64,000 nt of DNA from Chrysomallon squamiferum (taxonomy: Eukaryota; Animalia; Mollusca), in the NCBI GenBank assembly GCA_012295275.1, contig CM022667.1:9176001-9240000 (forward strand), read 5' to 3'. Of the stretch, positions 58,955 through 64,000 are shown piece by piece. The notes under the pieces are model-generated. The model ran no database searches. It was not told where the DNA came from and saw only the letters and a list, made by a program, of their open reading frames with translations. How positions within the stretch are numbered: position 1 is the stretch's first letter; every line of letters starts with the position of its first letter. Made by a program: the position numbers and the translations under genes.

Positions 58955-60562
58955 ATGGAAGAGGTAAATCTGTGGTTTCTTCAGAAGATTCACGATGTTT
59001 TTGTTCAAGGTGAACACAATGACATAAAGCTCGAGTTTGAAGATGGGTCAACATCAGCAAGTAAAATAATCCTGGCAGCACTTTCCCCATACTTTGAAGC
59101 CATGCTGACGTCAGATATGTTGGAGAAAAAAACTGGTGTGGTGACGTTGCCGACGGTTTCTAAATCAATGTTTAATGACGTCTTGGATTTCTACTTTCTC
59201 GGAAAAGACGTTGTGAACGACTCCAACTGTCTTCTTATGTTGGATGCCGCTGAAATGATGCAGCTGGATCATCTTAAAGCACATTGTGCTGAATACATGT
59301 CCACATTTAGAAATCTGAAAACAGAAAACTGTGTTGAGAGATGGAAGGCTTTAAGAAAGGTTAACATGGAAGAACCAGCTCGTGCTGTATTAGAGTACAT
59401 TGTAGAAGATCTGGAGAATATTTCTGAAAAAGGACTCATCTTAGAACTGGATGAAAGTGAATTACTGGAACTACTTTCTCGGGATGATCTGATGCAGAAA
59501 GAGGACGACATTGTGAACGATATCCAAGCGTGGATCAAAAAGAACAACTGTTCAGTTGAGACAAAGATTAACCTGTTTAAACAAATAAGATTTGAGAACA
59601 TCAGCTTCTCTTATCTTCTTCGTGAAGTAAATTCTTCAAGTATTGTAACTGAAAATGCAGCCATTCAAGAAATTGTTGAGACAGGTCTAGAAAGAAATCA
59701 TTCTTTTAACATTGAAAGTCAGGTATTCTGTGATAGCAGATATTTGTCGAAAATGGAAGATGTTCTTTTCATCGTGAGCGATTCTGAAGCGCTCATTAGT
59801 GCTGCGTGTTTCAGTGACAACACTTTCTATGAACTACCTGAGTCATTTGATAAACCTGGCTCTTCGTTTGCGGCAGCAATTCTGGGAAAAGATATTTACA
59901 TTACAGGAGGAAATTTTCAGAACAAAACAACCACGATCTATCATGTATGGAAAAGATCCTGGAATCGTGGTTCTGATCTCAGTAACGCCCGGCTTGGACA
60001 CTGCATGGCTGTCCTGAATGGTTCAGTGTACGTCATTGGTGGTCAACACTATAACTCGATAGAGCATCTGAAACCAGAAGATAACAACTGGCGAGTAATC
60101 GCTGATCTTGGATGTCGGAGAGAAAATGCTTGCGCTGAATCAGTTGGGACAAATATTCTTGTGATGGGAGGGCTAGTGAATGGAGGAGACACACAACTTA
60201 TTCATTGTTTTAACACAGAGACTCTAACACTGACCACTATCAACACTGATGTGACAAGTTCTTATCGTACCAGATCTTATCTACACATGCCAAACATTTA
60301 TCTGATTCATGGTGACGGTAACATCGACGTGATTCACGTGGATGATGTGGATGCAGATTCTTCCAAAATTCCAAAACTAACCTGTAATCGTGTTGGAAAA
60401 TGCAAGACTGAGAATTGTTTTGGATTGATATGCAAAGACAACTGCATCATTTATTTTTCTAGTAAAGGTTTTTACAAGTTAAATTTGAAAGATGGTTCTG
60501 AAGAAAACATCGAATTTAAAATGCAGTGCCATTTGGTGATGTACGATGGACTTTACAAATGA
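58955..60562 (+). CDS. BTB-BACK-Kelch (kelch-like) protein 2, about 535 aa as assembled, intronless CDS
   Basis: The likely start is ATG 58955 (MEEVNLWF, just after acceptor AG 58943), matching gene 1. Same BTB/BACK/Kelch layout. Probable -1 frameshift in the A-run at 60518-60521; the homologous frame ends at TAA 60586-60588. Confidence 0.92.
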   Translation: MEEVNLWFLQKIHDVFVQGEHNDIKLEFEDGSTSASKIILAALSPYFEAMLTSDMLEKKTGVVTLPTVSKSMFNDVLDFYFLGKDVVNDSNCLLMLDAAEMMQLDHLKAHCAEYMSTFRNLKTENCVERWKALRKVNMEEPARAVLEYIVEDLENISEKGLILELDESELLELLSRDDLMQKEDDIVNDIQAWIKKNNCSVETKINLFKQIRFENISFSYLLREVNSSSIVTENAAIQEIVETGLERNHSFNIESQVFCDSRYLSKMEDVLFIVSDSEALISAACFSDNTFYELPESFDKPGSSFAAAILGKDIYITGGNFQNKTTTIYHVWKRSWNRGSDLSNARLGHCMAVLNGSVYVIGGQHYNSIEHLKPEDNNWRVIADLGCRRENACAESVGTNILVMGGLVNGGDTQLIHCFNTETLTLTTINTDVTSSYRTRSYLHMPNIYLIHGDGNIDVIHVDDVDADSSKIPKLTCNRVGKCKTENCFGLICKDNCIIYFSSKGFYKLNLKDGSEENIEFKMQCHLVMYDGLYK

Positions 60563-60838
60563 AGGTTCCACGCTTTTGTCTGTTGTAACTGTCACTGCGT
60601 TCATTCAGACCTGACCTATGACCTGTGAATATTCAACATACAAGACAGTTTACAAACTTTTGATCTGTAATTAATAAATGACTTTGTGATGGCGATTTTT
60701 ACATGTAACACACAAGAATTCTATATAATTCATTGAAGTAAAATGTGAGTTTGTGAGAAAACACTCAATTTATAATTAATTAATATACCCGGATACAAAA
60801 ACAAATTAGTAAATAAATAAATAAATGAATAAATAAAG

Positions 60839-60899
<61 letters not shown>

Positions 60900-62714
60900 T
60901 ACAGATAGATAGATAAGAAACATAAGAAATATAATTGTATATGTTTCTTTGATAGGTATACAGGGTGTGTCTGTATCTGTGTGTGTGTGTGTGTGTGTGT
61001 TTCTGTGTTTGTGAGAGAGAGAGAGTGAAGAAGAGAGAGAGAGAGAGAAGAAAGAAACTAAAGTTTTTGATTCCAATTTCTGAAATGAATAACAGGACAA
61101 TTGGTTATTAAGTACTATGAGATATATAGAGTTATGTTTATTGAAACAAAAAAAAAAAAAAAAAAACAAAAAAATAAAGCATAAAATAAAATAAAATAAA
61201 ATAAAAAAAAAAAAAAAAAAAAAATAATAAATAATAATAATAATAATAATAATAATAATTCAAACAAATTATCTGTATATATAATAAATATGTATAATAC
61301 ATTTCGTATGAAATTTTTGTAAATAAAATCTCTGAATAACTTCTTTCTCTTTGTATAATAATCTCTATGTAAATTTACAGTTCACAAATGTATTTCCGTT
61401 CCGACAGGGTTGGTGCAAAAAATACTTTTTACAGAGTTATGGTTCATGGAGTACACGATAAAATATATTTACATGTTTCTCACATAAACAACACAGTTTT
61501 ATGAAAATCTCTGTTATTTATTAATACATAAACTTTTCGGTAAAAAAGGAAATTCTAATTTTCACAACCAGATATCGTAGAAATGACAAAAGACGTTTGT
61601 GCTAGAAACAAACGATTTCGACATAAAAACACAATTCGATTTGTGATAATATTATATTCGTAACGGAGTAACAGTACTTTGAAATCTTCAACAAACGTGA
61701 TTCAGATAACACAGTGAGTTATCAAGCAATAAATAAAAATAGTGACATTGTTAGTTTTGACGCATGCGCTCTGTTACATTTATAACACATTTTGCTCAGT
61801 CTCCTTCTCGATTACTTCCTATTTACTTTTTATTTATTTATTTATTTATTTATTTTATTTTATTTTTTTCTGCTAAAGAGGTGTGTGGTGAACTGTTAAT
61901 GTGAAATCAATTGTTTTGTCTTCATGTAAATATTACCTGAATTAATCACTAATGTTAGTGAGATGTAACAAGTGAAAAATTATTTATTTATTTTATTATA
62001 TTTTCTATTATTATTTTTTTTTTTTTTGTGATTATTATTATTTTATTGTTATTATTCTTGTTCTTGTTATTATTATCACATAATGTACAGTTACTCAGAT
62101 AAACAGAATAGACTATGTATTAGAAATTATTGAATTTTGAAAATTTATTTAATGAAAATTAAACAAATAAAGATTTCTTCAAACTGTAGTTGTTGTTTTA
62201 TTATTTCTTTGTTTTTGTTGTTATTGTATTTGTTGTTATTATCATGATTAGCATTAGCATGTTTTTGTTATTGTTATTATTGTTATTTAGATGATGTATT
62301 TGAATTGCTGTTATAATATTAAAATATTTATGAATCGTTCTCTTTTGCCTCGAACAAAGAAATAGTACTTTGAGATATATTTAAAAATGGAACAGTTTTC
62401 ATACTTTAACAATTATAAAAAAAAGTGTAACCTTTTTATATCTTTTCTATGAGACAAAATAATATATTTAAACTGTACAGTATATATTTACTTTATTTGT
62501 CATGTTTTAACACCCAGGCTACAATGTTCACAGTTTTAATGCAAACTCGTTGAATCTCGTTTTACAAAAATGATGAGTGATATTTCGTGATTATTTGACC
62601 TGTTTTTGTTCAAACATTCTATTTCTATTTGCATAACAAGTTTTCTTCCTTATTTTAAATATACCTAATCTAGAGACAGCTTGATTATATAATTTTATTA
62701 AACAGTCTTTTTTG

Positions 62715-62795
62715 TAGTGTGGGCGAATGGGTGCCAGTTCGTTCTTCAGTATTGTTTATGTTCAGAGTCTAATCAGATGCATGAAAGACAGAAGA
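62715..62795 (+). mobile_element. Internally deleted SINE remnant (duplicate of 54648-54730)
   Basis: GTGTGGGCGAATGGGTGCCAGTTCGTTC...TTCAGAGTCTAATCAGATGCATGAAAGACAGA. Confidence 0.6.
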
Positions 62796-62807
62796 CAGTC
62801 ATACCTA

Positions 62808-62881
<74 letters not shown>

Positions 62882-63003
62882 CACATGTATGTTTGTATGT
62901 GTAATTGTGTTAACTACATCTCAACTACATCTATCTGTCTCTGTGTCTGTCTATCTATCAATCTTTTTATCTTTCTTTCTCTGTCTGTGTGTCTGTATGC
63001 CTG

Positions 63004-63056
<53 letters not shown>

Positions 63057-63085
63057 TCTATCTATTTATCTGTCTATCTATCTGG

Positions 63086-63165
<80 letters not shown>

Positions 63166-63188
63166 TTATCTGTCTATCTGTCTACATA

Positions 63189-63440
63189 TAGGGTAAGGTG
63201 GGATAACTGTCCCGTCAACTTTTGACTGGCGAGTTGACTTTGAAGTATTTACAAGTGTTTTTAGACCAATCAGCTTCGTCTCAGCAGTATGAACGACTCT
63301 CTCCACGCTATTTACTCTGCTGTCAATGGTTACCAGTGTTCTTCTCATTCAGAAACGTGGTAAGAAGGTCTACGAGGTAGATGCAGAGGGGATTAGTGGG
63401 TTAACTTAATGCCGTTGTAATAGGACAATGTAAGACTAAA
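63189..63440 (+). mobile_element. Probable dispersed repeat / DNA-transposon fragment
   Basis: Begins TA+GGGTAAGGTGGGATAACTGTCCC right after a microsatellite. 63350-63437 is similar to 55717-55803 (CAGAAAC..GGTAAGA..AGGTAGATGC..GGGGATTAGT). No second terminus is visible. Confidence 0.35.
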
Positions 63441-63525
63441 GAGTTCTGTCATCATAAAAATTAATAATAATAATAGAAAAAAAAAAAATAAAAATAAAAA
63501 TAACAAAAATAAAAATAAAAATAAA

Positions 63526-63635
<110 letters not shown>

Positions 63636-64000
63636 AATAAATAAATAAATAAATAAATAAATATAAAAATACAGAGAAAAGAATACAATATATTTCGTCA
63701 TTTCGTCCTTTTAGAAATTCTTGACGTTCTCCTGTTTCAGAAAACCGGAAAGTTACTTCCTCCTAATTTAGCGTGAGATCCGTGTGTTCGACTCTCTGTT
63801 GGTTTACCAGGTATTGTAAGTTTGCAGTCTTTGCCAAATAGATCAAACAAACAGAGCTAACCGAATTTAAATAATACTAGCTCTTAAACACTTTAAGAAA
63901 AAAATCCAAAAAAATCGTGTTCTCTTTGAAATAATTGTGTTTAAGTTAAACAGAAGAAAAAGTGCAAGAGAGACAGTTGAAAAAAAAAAAAAAAAAAAAT

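Overview
AT-rich, microsatellite-dense animal genomic DNA with spliceosomal GT-AG introns. The repeat landscape looks mollusc/cephalopod-like, but that is inference only. Nearly all short ORFs in the supplied track are microsatellite artefacts, so I reconstructed the real genes exon by exon. (1) 1-19.1 kb is a tandem segmental duplication of about 10.4-10.6 kb. Each unit carries NDUFV2 exons (+) and a convergent secreted Cys-rich/mucin-like gene (-). The second NDUFV2 copy lacks a start exon and has a deleted acceptor. (2) 20.7-48.1 kb holds four tandem 8-exon paralogues: signal peptide + an unnamed 10-Cys domain + Thr-rich stalk + trypsin-fold (S1A) domain. All four have lost catalytic His57 and Ser195 but keep the Arg-Ile/Val16 activation site, Asp194 and Cys1-Cys122. 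(3) 49.5-62.8 kb holds two tandem BTB-BACK-Kelch genes with intronless CDS, a conserved BTB domain and diverged propellers. Also present are a tRNA-derived SINE family, a Tigger-like fragment and several minisatellites. The best candidate for an undescribed system is the six-gene family sharing the new Cys domain: four cleavage-switchable pseudoproteases plus two protease-less, fast-diverging relatives, one of which sits head-to-head with the cluster.
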